Of a stretch of 64,000 bases of DNA, positions 21,857 to 33,692 are shown piece by piece. Origin of the DNA: Pirellulales bacterium. GTDB taxonomy: Bacteria > Planctomycetota > Planctomycetia > Pirellulales > PALSA-1355. The notes beneath the pieces were generated by a model. The model did no database searches. It was given only the letters and a program-made list of their open reading frames with translations, and was not told the DNA's origin. Made by a program: the position numbers and the translations under genes. Every line of letters begins with the position of its first letter. Position 1 is the stretch's first letter. Location: contig CAVTBU010000004.1 in assembly GCA_963733035.1 (NCBI GenBank), positions 192,001-256,000 of the forward strand, written 5' to 3'.

Positions 21857-24800
21857 TTAAATCAGCGATCGGCGCCGGCGGCTAACTGTGGCCTTGGCGA
21901 TGAGCTCTGTCAGGTCGTCCAGGTCGGCGGCCAGCCACGAGAAAACCGGCTGTAAATCGTTTCGTTTCAGTTGCTGAACGACTAGCGCGAGTTGTGTCGC
22001 GGCTGCTGACGCCTGGTTTGCATTCTTCGGGAGCGCCACGATCGGTTCAGCCACGATTGGTTCAGCCACGATTGGTTCAGCCACGATTGGTTCAGCCACG
22101 ATTGGTTCAGCCACGATTGGTTCAGCCACGATCGGTTCAGCCACGATCGGTTCAGCCACGATCGGTTGAGCCACGACCGGCGGATCGGGCGCCGGCGGGC
22201 TGGCCGGGATGGCGCTCGCTGAAGAAGCGGGGGACAGGGAGGAGAACCCAGTGTGAGTTCGCACGATGGCCAGGTCCGCGGCGTCGGTGCGCCCGTCACC
22301 GTTGAAATCAGCTTCAGCCCAGTTTGGACTACCGAACACCTGACCGATGTGCTTTCGCGTCTCCGCTAGATCGGCGGCATCCACGAGTCCGTCGAGGTTC
22401 GCGTCGCCATACTCCGTGTTCAGGATCGTATGGATTAAATAATCAATGTCGGCCTGGTTCACGATGCCATCATGATTCAGATCGGCACTCGGGTCGCCGG
22501 ATTGAACAAGTCCCCAGATCGAATTGATGTCGCTGGCATTGACCATGCCGTCGCCGTCAAAATCGCCAGGAACGTGCACTACTTCCGGTGCACCGACGGA
22601 CCACAGTTGGCGGGAGAAATTGCCGTACCGATCCGGCAACGCCACGCTGGCCGCCGAGAAATAGAACCGGTCACCAACGATCAGGCCGCCGCTTGGATCA
22701 GGATTAGCATAGGCGTTGCCAACCTTAGACGGCACGAGTGAGGGTGCTGCGTCTCCGGCCTTGAAGCGCCACAGGCCGGCTTGTCCAGGCAGACCGTTGG
22801 AAGCTGAGAAGTAGAGGAACTCACCCGCGGCAACGAGCGCTCCAGGTCGCTGCTCGTAGTTGTCTGGACCCGTGAAGTCGTGAACCAGCGATAGTTCGCC
22901 GCCAGCGGGGTCGAACTTCCAGAGCTGTGAGATAACCGTACTTTCCGTGACTTCGGACGGATAGAACTGATAGAAGAAATAGACGCTACGGTCGAAGACA
23001 GTCTGATTGTCGACTTGGGCTTGGCCAACCATGAAGCTGCTGACCGCCGAGGTACCGGCGGCCGTGCCATCGGACGTCCAGAACTGGGTGCTGTATTGGC
23101 CCGTTTCGCTGTCGTAGGTCGTGACGCTGAAGCTGATCTGATTGTCGGTCACGGGGATCGACTGAGCCGGATAGTAACCGGTGCCGACGCTGGCCCCTGC
23201 GCTGAAGGTTGCCAAGGACTCAAACTGCGGATCTGCCGCGGAGAGTGCAGCGCTATTGATGGCGCGGAGCTCGATAGGTTGGTTCCAGTCCGATTGGGCG
23301 AGGGTGAACAGGTTTTGTGACCCGTCCTCGGCTGGCGCAACCGTGAAGTCGTTGAAGCTTGACGCCGAACCGATCACGTGGAACTGGTCGCTTTGCAGGT
23401 CGTGCCAGACGGCGGACCGATTCGAGTCTCCGTCGACGGTGGCTTGGTAGACTAACCCACCGCCGAAGGCGCGAATACTTGCGATTGAATTGAGACCAGC
23501 GGTGCTGAGCCAACCAATCTGGGGCGTGCCCGTGCTGAAATCGACGTGCACGACGCCGGCATTGAAATTCGAGTCGTACGCGATGAAGTACAACGAGTCG
23601 CCAAGGACGACGGGGGCTTCCGAGTTGTTATAGTACACTGGGCCTTCTGCGATCACCCGCGCTCCGGCCTGATCGGCAAACCAGGCGCGAGAGTAGTTGT
23701 CGAAGAAGACGACGCCGCGTCCCGGAATCGCCCACACTTGCTGCGGATAGTCGATCGTCGCGTAGACAGGATCGATGCTCTCAACTACACGGGTTTGGCC
23801 ATTTTCCAAAACCCAGAGCTGCTGGGCGATGAAATAGATCGACGCAGCCCCGTTCGGAGACGAGGGATAGGTGACCGAAGTGAGCTGGGCGGGATAAAGC
23901 CCCGCCATCGGATCGAGGACTCCCTCCAGGATCGGAGTGCCGGCGGGCGTGTTGGCATTCAGGTCGTCGAGCGAGATCGGTGGCAAGACAGTCCAATCGA
24001 TGGTCGCGTCGACCGACCGTCCGGCCGTCACGTCGGTGACGGTGACAGTCACCAGGTAGGGAGAATTCGTCGCTCCGGCATCGATGGTACCGGTAATCGC
24101 CCCCAACTGATCGATCGAAATGCCCGGCGGCAAATTGGTCGCCTGCACCGAGATCTGATGGCCCAGTGGGTTACTCACGTACACATTGAAATTGACACTC
24201 GTTCCCGCATAGCTGGTTACGGGCGAGGACACCGACACGGAGACAGCAGGGGAGATGGTCCACAGAACCGTTTGGGTGGCCGTGTAGTTGATGGTTTGAT
24301 CGAAACCCGTGAGATGCACTTCGTAGGGCTGATCGCTAAATGCGGAGTCATCAATCGTGCCGATGATGTGCCCTTGCGAATCGATTGACAGCCCCGTCGG
24401 AAGGCCGGTGGCCGCGACGGTGATGGTGTGATTGTAGGGATTGGTTAGCAGCGGCAAGTCGACGGTCTGGCCGGCGTAGCTGTGAGGCAACGTGGAGGAG
24501 AGCTGAAAACCCTGCTGTAGCTTCCAGGTAAAGGTAACCGTTTTGTACTGCCCGGTTGCGTCGTTGTAGGCGAAGATGGTTGGGTTGAAAGTCGCGTTTG
24601 GTCCGTACACCTGGATATAGAAATAGATCGAACCGCTGATCAAACCCGTCTGCGAGTTAATGCTCAGGTAGGACGGCAACCCGTTGGCGACAAACCGCAG
24701 CGGAATATTCGTGGGATTGTCGACCTGGATCTGCAGGTTGATTGGCACGCCTTCGGGAGTGAATTGGTTCCCGGGGTTCACAATGGACCACAGGTCTTGC

Positions 24801-27800
24801 ACGGTCCAGGTGAACGCCACGTTCTGGCTGCCGGTGCTATCGCTGACTGTGACGTTCACGTTGAAGTTGGTGCCAGGCGCGATCGAACCGCTGGGCGTGC
24901 CAGAGATGATTCCCGTACTGGGGTCGATCGTGAGGCCCGTCGGCAGCCCCGCGGCGGAATAGGCTTTGGGGGACAGCCCGCCGGTCGCGACAATTTGCAG
25001 CGGCGTGATCGGTTGGCCAATGCGAGCGAGTTGAGTACCGGGATTCTCCACTGCCAAGGGCATCACGACATCAACAAACTCAATGTTCGAGGCCAAGCCG
25101 CCGACGAGCGGCAGGATGCCGGCATCAAGATCGATGGTCTCGGAACCGTTGAGGACCGAGATGTAGTGGACTGTGTCCGTGCCATCCCCGCCGTCGAGAT
25201 TTCCTGCCAGTTGGCCGTTCGTGCGGAAATAGAAGTCGTCGTTTGCGGTTCCTCCGGTCAAATTTCGTATTCCGGAGAACGTGAGTGTCGAGTTCACGGT
25301 TCCACCACCTGTGGAAGTGATTTCCCAGATCGTGGGCGAGTTAGGTCCTACCAGCGCGCTACCGCCGCTGCCGCCCATGACAGATAGTAGAGCGCGCGTT
25401 CCGTTGACCTGAATGCTCGCCGGGGCGAGGCCACTCACGGTCCAATCGGCTGGCGAGGTTTGCCCCAACACGACATTGCGGGCGCTTGCGTTAGCCGAGT
25501 CATTGAGTTGAACGGGGACATTCGGCAGTGCCGCATCATGAACGTTGACCGTGACACTACCAAAAATCGACTGCATGTTTCCGGCATCGCCAATCACGAT
25601 GGGCGCCTGGCCGTCGTACTCGATCGAAAGCGGCTGGGTGGTTCCGCGCACGTCGACCATACGGTTGCCGGGATTGATGCCGGTTGTATGAGCGACCGTG
25701 TCGACGACATGGATGGGGTAGTTTTGCGGGTCAACACCCCAATCCTGATTCAGGCCGTACAGGGTGAGGTTCGTGGTGTTACCCTGGAAGGTGACCAGCT
25801 TCGTCTTGGAAGTTGAAAAGCCCTTCCAGATATAGCCTTGTCCACCACCGGCATTGTCCACATTCATTTCTTCAGCATAGAAGCTGAAATCGGCGATCAG
25901 TTCCGTGATCTCATTCGGGCGGTCCGGGCTCGGGTTTACATAGATCGACGAGCCCTGCACGTTGCTGAGATTTTGGGGCCAGTTGAGAGTCACTTGCTGG
26001 GCGCCAAAAATCGACATGCCATTGCTCAGGCTGCCACCGCCGCTGGGCGCGGTGTTATCCAGGATTTGCACGGTCGTGCCTTCGCCGGCCATCAGCACCA
26101 TGTCTTTCGGCGCCTGATTGATCTGATAGTGGCTTGCCGGACTTCCAAGGATCGTCAGCGAAGCATCCATCGACGCGCTGACATAAAACCTCGCGGGTGC
26201 CAGACCCTCCCAATTGTCCGCCGTGTCCGTCGCGTCGCCCCCCAGCCGTATGTCGCGCGCGACATCCAGGTGATTGTCGAACGTCGTACCACCGGGCACG
26301 ATGTAGGAGAACGAGGCGAAATAGACATTGCCTTGGATCGCCTGTAAGGTGCCGTTACCAATATGAACTGACGCGGCGCGGAACTCGCGCCGGTTCAAAT
26401 CGCTCAGTTGAAGCGACTTCGGGGACACCACTGTGGCGGAAAACGCCAGAGCACCGTCGTGCCTTGGATGTCGACCGTCCCGATCGGGACGTTATCCACC
26501 GTCGTGAAATGGGTCGTGACGCCGGGGGGCGTGTCGACGATGGTCAGCGAGCTTGCGCCATTGCGCGGCAAACCAATGTCCAGTCCGGGCCCCGCGTTGC
26601 TGAAGTTGGTGTAAACCAGGTCGGCTAATTGATCGAAATGGACGGTCGCGCCCGTCAGCCCAGTGAGTGTGCTTGCTGTGAGCACAACATCGTTTGGCGC
26701 CGCGGGCAGTGGGCTCGTCGAAGTGTCAGGCACGATCCACATCGCCGCGTTTTGCACGTACACGTCGGCCAAAATCGTGTTGCGAAGATCGTTCGCCGAA
26801 AACTGGCTGGGAAGCAACTGGACGAGCGTGTGGTTACCGCGACCCGTGATGTATACCGGCCCATTTGCAGACGAGATCTGAATGTTGTCGACAATCTCGT
26901 ATTGAGCCGGCGGCGTCGTGGCAAAGTAATGAAGCGTAGCCGTCGTCGTGTTGTCGACGAACAGGCTGGCACGCTGGGCACCGGAGATTTGCAGGTCGGT
27001 GTTCGGCGAATACACTAGCTTGTTATACGTATTGCTTCCAAACGCGAAGCCCAACTCTCCCTTGCCTGGGTAGGCTGCGTCGGGCTGAACCCGAAGATTC
27101 GGTCCGAAGGCCACGTACGACGAGACGTCGTAAACAAGTGTGCCGAGTCCCTGGCCAGTGAAGTTGTAGGTAATAGTTTGGAGATCAGTATTCGAGAAGG
27201 TGTTGGTTGTATTTGTGAACGGGCTGATGTCCGTGAGCAGGTCGACGCTGCCATCGAGATTCAAGCGGCGGCCGACGTACAACTCGAAGTTGCCATTGAC
27301 ACTCAGCGTCTGGTTCACGCGTTTCCCCGCGACGTAAACCGTCGGAGTTACGGCTGGCTCGGCCACGCTCTCGGCCACAGGCTCTTCGTCGGCCACGATC
27401 GCCATGCTCATGGCTAGCGGCGCGGGTGGTCCGTTATTGACAATCGAGACGGCCGTGGCACCGGCCGGCGTGTTCAGAATCGAGAACGAATCCGCCGCGC
27501 CGCCATAGATTGTGAGCGTACCGAACAGCGTGCCGAGCGTAGCCGCGGCCGTCGCTCCCGGAGCTCCCGTTCCCCAGCCACTGAACGACGAGCCGTCGAG
27601 CTGCAGGATTTGAGAATCGGTTCCGTTTCGTCCGTCGAGCGTAACCTCTGCCAGATTCACGGCGACGTTGCCATTGATGTTCGACAGGTCTCCGCCACCC
27701 ACATTCACGTAGACGCGCGGATCCGTGATCGCGGCATACACCGCGCCAAACTGATTCTTCAGATAGAGGGGTGTATTGGAATCCTGCTTCAAGGGATTCA

Positions 27801-30800
27801 CGCCGGTGACGTTGGCGGTCGTCTCTGGCCCGACATGTGTCAGATTTACGTAAGTTTGGCCGAAGGCCACGTTGTATTTCGGCGCAGGCGTCGTCACGTT
27901 GACATAGCCAAACCCAGAGGTGTTGCTTAAGTCATAAGCGTACTGGGTCAATTGATCGAAGAAGCTGGCGAGGTGGTTGGCCTCCTGATAGTCAGGGTCG
28001 TGAACATTGACGTTGAGCTGCCCGCGAAGCTGCGAAGCATTCAACTGGAACTGACTATCCACCGACGTCTGGTTCAGTAGATAAAAGCGCGCGTCTGCGC
28101 TGGCGCTGGTCGGCAACGGCGGAACGTAATTAGAGGTTGGGTCGAGATAAACCTGTTGATAACTGAGCCCACCCGCAGTTTTGCCGGTGTAGAAGCCATA
28201 AGGCATCCCGCCCGTTGTGAACTCCGGGAACAGGCTTTCATAAGTTCCCGCTAGATTCGTGGTGCCACCGTAAAACGGAACATTGCCGGGCAAGGCCCAG
28301 GCATTCTGAGGCCCGGGCGCGTAGTAGTACGCGTCGGCAAACAAAAAATCGGTTCCATACCCGAACACATATCCAGGGCTGGCATGAGTTGGGCTGAGCA
28401 TCGTGCTCGTGGCGATGGAAACATTCAGCTTATCCTGCGGCATCGACCCGAGAACGTAGACCGGGACCGAGGACTGCAAGAGGCTATCGTATTGCCCCAC
28501 GGGATTAAGCGTCGCGCCGCCGATTGGCACTTCGACGTCGATCTCGTTGGAACCGATCGGGTTGGCGCCAGCAAAGCGATCGTTGCCGTCGACCGTGTAG
28601 GTGGCGGAGCCCAAAAACGGCAACGTGATATCGACTGTCGCTCCGGTCAGGTACAACTTGACGTCGTCGTTCAATCCCAAGCCATGCGCAAAGACCTTAA
28701 GACCAACCGTCTTATTCTCGATGTTGATTCCCGTGCCATAGATCTTGTAGAGAGCGCCGACCGGGTCGAGCGCCGCGTCGAGCACGATCTCAGTGTGGCC
28801 GTCACCCTCGTACGCCATTCCGATGTACACGCCGATCGGCGTCAAATGGCTGGTTCGCGAGACATTGCCCGCGGGGTCCATGTGCCGGCCCAGGTACAGC
28901 GACCAATTGCCCGTCAGCGTGAGATCCGCCGAGGCGGCGGTAACATACAACGGGTCCTGCTGGCTGAGCGAAGGATTCGTAAAGTCGACCCGATCGATTC
29001 CCGCCGGCGTCTGATCGAGTCCCACACGGTCGCTTGGGCCGGCATGGACGGTCAGTATCCCACGCAGACCCTCGTAGGTGAAAACAGGTCGCGCGCCATC
29101 ATCCGGGATTGCGCGCCGTTGCAACTCGGTCGCACCGATCACCAGGAAACTTGGAATGACCGCCGTCTCGTCGTTCACCGTCAGCTCGACGTTATGGGCT
29201 GAGACGTTGCCGCGAATGTCCGCCAGCTTGCCGGTGCCGTAAGCCAGCTTGCTGTTGGAATCGAGTCCGTCGACGTCAATCACGGCACCGAGCGCAAGCT
29301 CCGAGATGGTGACCTCGTTCAAGGCACCCGTACCCAGCAGTTGGACGTCGAGCTGCCCCGCAAGATTCGAGGCGTCCAGAAACACGGTATTCACGCCGCT
29401 GGGTAGCAGCGGAGCCGAGACCTTGAGCTGAAGCAGATCGATCGAAGTCAATCCGCTAAAGACAATCGTCGGATAGAGGTCTGCATCGAGCACGAACTCG
29501 CCACCAGCGCCATCGCTGGTGGCGATGTGATTGCCGGCGTCTAGCGCGGGCGTCTGCATGTAGACGTGTTCGCTCTGACCTGGCGGACGAGTCGAGGTGT
29601 CGAACACCACAGTGCCGTTGTCGTTCGCCAGCGGCCCGACCGTGGCAGTGCCTCCGTGCTGTACGATGGTGGTAACGTCGTCCGGCGCGATTCCCATCAG
29701 GTACGTCGTTACGCCGGTCGTGGCGTTTGTCATCACCATCGCGTGATCGAGTACTGTCCCACCTTCGGCCGTCGAGTAGTTGTGGTCGAATGGCTCGAGC
29801 GAGATATCGCTCAAGCCCAGTTGATCCCGCGTGTCTAGTTGGATCGTGCGGCCGCCGTTTCCAAGTACCGGCACGTTGACGAAGACGGTTTGAACTCCGG
29901 CGCCGGATAGATCGCCGATGTGGAGATTCGTCTGCCGATCCTGGGCAGTCAGGGACACGGTGTTGAAGTGTGTCAGAATGAGGTTTGGATACGGGCCGCC
30001 GGACAGCTCGTTGTAGGACAGGCGAATCGCCCCCGGAGAGTCGGGGAGCAGGTCGACGCCGGTCGTGTAGTCGCCAGTGATGACCACGAGCTGGTTTTCC
30101 GTCGTGTCGCCGCCCGAAACGGTGCCCCCTTGTGTTAGCGGAGCGTTGACAATGATGGTGTTGTTTCCACCACTCCCTTGCACGGAGTTGCCAGCGTGGC
30201 CGAGCGAAATCGTGTCGTTTCCACCCAGACCGATCAGCGTATTGTTGCCATCACCGCCGGCCAGGTAGCTGTCGAGGTCGCCGGCTTCGAGGTATGCCGC
30301 CCCCGAGCCGTCATCAATGAAGTCCGCGTGTCCTAGTCCACCTTCGAAATGCACGTCCGAAGTAACGCCCCCATAGACGTCGATCGTCAGATCGCCCTGG
30401 TCGCCGATTCCGGTGATGGAGTGCACCCCGTAGATTCGCTGCGTGGCGTCGTACTCGATTCCGGCGATCGACTGGCGGAGGGAAATGTCGATCGTCTCTC
30501 CGTTGGCGGTTGTCTCCACGTGCTGGATTCGCAGGCGCTCGTTGCCGTTCGTCTGATCGACGTTTTGCCGCTGGCCAGCCAGTGAGCCGACGTACAGCTG
30601 AATGTTTCCGGTTACGTCGGGCTGTGATGCAAGAATGGGGGCATCGGGGTTGTTGCTGAAATCGTTGTCGAAGTCGACGAGGACCTTCTGGGCGATGTCA
30701 AATCGTTTCTTCACGCCGACAAATTTGTTGAAGACTTCGAAGCCGACGCGGACTTCGATACCAAGTGCTGCGGAAAACTTTCCGGCCAGGTCGATCGCGT

Positions 30801-32811
30801 CTTCATCGAACTCGGCAAACCGCAGCTTGCCGTCCTGGTTCGGATCGTTGATCGTAACCGAGACGGGATCGTTGCCGCTGTTCGCTGTGGAGATGAAGCC
30901 ACCGACCACGGCACTGAACACGCCCACCGAGGCTCCGGCGCCCGCATAGATGTCGCCGGCGAGCTTGAAGTAGGAATCATCGGCCACATAGAAGCCGGCG
31001 ACAACATCCTGGGCGACCGTCTCGGCCGAAGTGTTTCCGTTGGCCAGGTCGGTGATCAACGATCGCAGACCGAACGTGTCGTAGGCAAACTTGAACTTGG
31101 TGTCGATCTCCACTTCGCCGCCGAAGTCGATGCCGACGCCAAAGAAGGAATAGCCAGTGGCAACCGATCCCTCGGCCGTGACGTGCATCTCGGCATCGAG
31201 CGTGAACAGGTCGGAATCGCGACCCAATAGCAGCGGGAAGACCGCCAATTCGGGATGTTCGAGAATCGGGAACTGAATGCTGAACCCGTTGTTGAGTTGT
31301 TCGGCGAAGCCTTTGACCAGTTCCTTGTCTTCATCCGAGAGTGGCAGTTGATCGATGTTCTCGGCGAGAGACTGGGCGATACCTACCAGGTTGCTGGGCG
31401 ACAGGTCGGTCAGGTTGCGGACGTTGAGATTGGTCGGATCGGCCGCCGAGGCAACATTCCGCAGATCGAAGTCCGCCAGGTCGAATCCACCCAACTTCAT
31501 GCGGACGGTGTCGCCAACGTCAAAACTATTGAGCTGATCAATGACATTGAGGACCTTGTGAACCAGGTCGTACAGCGGTCCGAATCCGGTCACCAAGGCG
31601 GCCACGCCGCCGAGATCCAACAGGTCCACGTCATCGCCGCCGGCCAGATGGCTCAAATCGCTAAGGCCCGGCAGGGGATAGCCCAACACTTCCAGAATTG
31701 GGGCGAGCGGCTGCGTGAAGATCTGGATCTTCTCGAAGACCGGCTTGACCACGTTGCTCAGGAACTTTCCCAGGTCAAGGTACACATCGTCAATCGAGAC
31801 CTCCGGCGGTGCGGCACTGGGGTTTTCGCTGTCGATCGACCAGTTCAAATGCAGGTCGGCATCGATACCGGGAAAGTCGCCTTCGGTGCCGGCAAAGCTG
31901 CCGTTGAGCTGCAGATTGGCCGCGGCCGTACCGCTAAGCTTGACGTCCGGGACGCTATTCAGATTGTTAAGGCCCACCGCGAGCGTCAGGGCATTCGTCT
32001 CGCCAGGCAGTGCCGTAAGTGAACCTTGCACGAAGCCCATCGTGGCCGTGGCGGAGAAATTCTGCAGCCCAACACTGACCCCGAAGGCAATCTGATCGTC
32101 CGTACCGCCCAGGCGTTTTGAGTCGTCCAAAGAAATGCTATGCATCGCTGCATCGTAGGAGAACGCCAGCTCAAAATCGTAAATGACCGAGATCCCGATC
32201 TGGCCGTCCGTTTCGATCTTCAGTGGCAGTCCTGGTAAGCCCGTGTCAAAGTTGAGCGGCGAGCTAGGACCGGCGACGGTGCCGTGCAGGTGCATGTCGA
32301 CAGAGAAGTTGCTGCTCAGCGAGCCGCCGGTGGCGTTGATCTGAATGTCGGAGGCGCCGACGCCGTCGCCGCCGCTATCCTGCAAGAGGTTCAAGCCGGC
32401 CGGACCCAGAGCGTTGAAAAGGGCGTTTTGCAGGACCGAGGGGGCGGGCTCGTCGATCGAACCCAAATCCGAGATGGCGTCGTAAACTTGTTGCGAGAAA
32501 CCGGAAATTGCCTTGGCTGCCTCCCCCAAGTGCTCACCGACGAAGGGCAGGCTGGAGTTGTCTCCAGTCGCAAAATCATTCAAAGAATCAACGATCCGCG
32601 ACTCCAGGTCGGTCAAATTGCCGCGCAGGTCGCCGGCCAGCGTGGCAAAGGGCACGACCGTCAACAGCCGCCGATCTTCCAGGAACTCGACCCGAGCCAG
32701 CCGGCTGGTGATCCCTACAGGGTGGGCGGAATGCGACCTCGACCGAGCTTTCGCCTGCTTTTGGTGGATGCGGCTGCGCCGACGTTCTAACAGCTTGCCT
32801 GTTCGCGACAT
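21857..32811 (-). CDS. Giant (~3650 aa) surface/adhesin-like protein: LEPR-XLL motif, beta-rich repeats, putative Ig repeats, ELWxxDGT-like propeller, C-terminal dockerin (one-base frameshift near 26456)
   Basis: EFLEDRRLL; repeated GLPTGLTID...G.ISG; QFWTSDGTAAGT; GDFDGDGMVNASD, GDANLDGLVDAAD, ADFNGDGRTDAAD. ORFs 26404-33189 and 21857-26431 join if one G is added (TT-GALAFSATVVSPK). Confidence 0.88.
22035..22176. repeat. 15-bp tandem repeat, 9 units plus a partial unit, encoding (AEPIV)n
   Basis: GCCACGATYGGTTCA repeated in frame within the C-terminus of the giant surface protein. Confidence 0.97.
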
Positions 32812-33032
32812 GTGAATTCCTGCTGCACGAGCGAACTGGGATGCAAGTTTCAATGGGACTGGATGAACTCGACGGGGCCGGATGCTAGAATGGCAGGCCA
32901 CGTGCAGAGTTCGGTTATTTGATATATCGCCGCGGTCTTGAAAAAACGCACAGCCGCCCGAAAATGTCAAAACTGCGGATTCGAAAGCCCTCTCCCAGAG
33001 ATCTTTAAGACCCGGATCATCGTTGGCATTTG

Positions 33033-33617
33033 ATGAACCAGCAGAAAGACTTCTCCGTGCTCGTGCGCCGGGTTCGCTCCGGCGATGAAGCCGCCGCCGA
33101 ACAGCTGGTTCGCCGTTACGAACCCCTGATTCGCCGTGCCATTCGCCTGCGTATCGAAGACACTCGCCTGAATCGCGTCTTCGATTCAATGGACGTCTCG
33201 CAGTCCGTCCTGGCCAGCTTCTTTGTCCGAGCAGCCGTCGGCGAATACGACCTGGAAAATCCCGACCAACTGATTCGATTGCTGGTCGCGATGGCCCGAA
33301 ATAAGCTGGTGTCGCGGGTTCGGCAGGAGCGGCGGCAGCAGCGCGATGTACGGCGGGTGGCCGTGCTCTCCGCCAAGGACTTCGCCGAACTGGTCGACCC
33401 GCGTCCCTCGGTCAGCGAGTTGCTCTCGAAGCGCGAGCTGCTCGACCGCATGCGGGCGGAGCTCTCGGACGACGAACGTCGGGTAGCCGACCTCCGTTGC
33501 GAGGGCTATGGGTGGGAGGAAATTGCCAGCAAGCTGGGCGGTAGCAGCCAGGCGCGACGGATGCAGCTTTCGCGCGCAATCGATCGGATCGTGCGAAAGC
33601 TAGGTGTGGGCGACTAG
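33033..33617 (+). CDS. ECF sigma factor (planctomycete kinase-associated type)
   Basis: RVRSGDEAAAEQLVRRYEP...DSMDVSQSVLASF...LRCEGYGWEEIA. Confidence 0.9.
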   Translation: MNQQKDFSVLVRRVRSGDEAAAEQLVRRYEPLIRRAIRLRIEDTRLNRVFDSMDVSQSVLASFFVRAAVGEYDLENPDQLIRLLVAMARNKLVSRVRQERRQQRDVRRVAVLSAKDFAELVDPRPSVSELLSKRELLDRMRAELSDDERRVADLRCEGYGWEEIASKLGGSSQARRMQLSRAIDRIVRKLGVGD

Positions 33618-33692
33618 ATTGGCGAGTGGTCCGACTATTGGAACAGCGAAGAACCGGCGACACACCTTCCAGCCACGAGGCTTTCTTCGCAC

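Noticed and set aside
22035..22176. Possible CRISPR array
   Set aside because: The units are contiguous 15-mers with no spacers, lie in frame within a CDS, and no cas genes are present.
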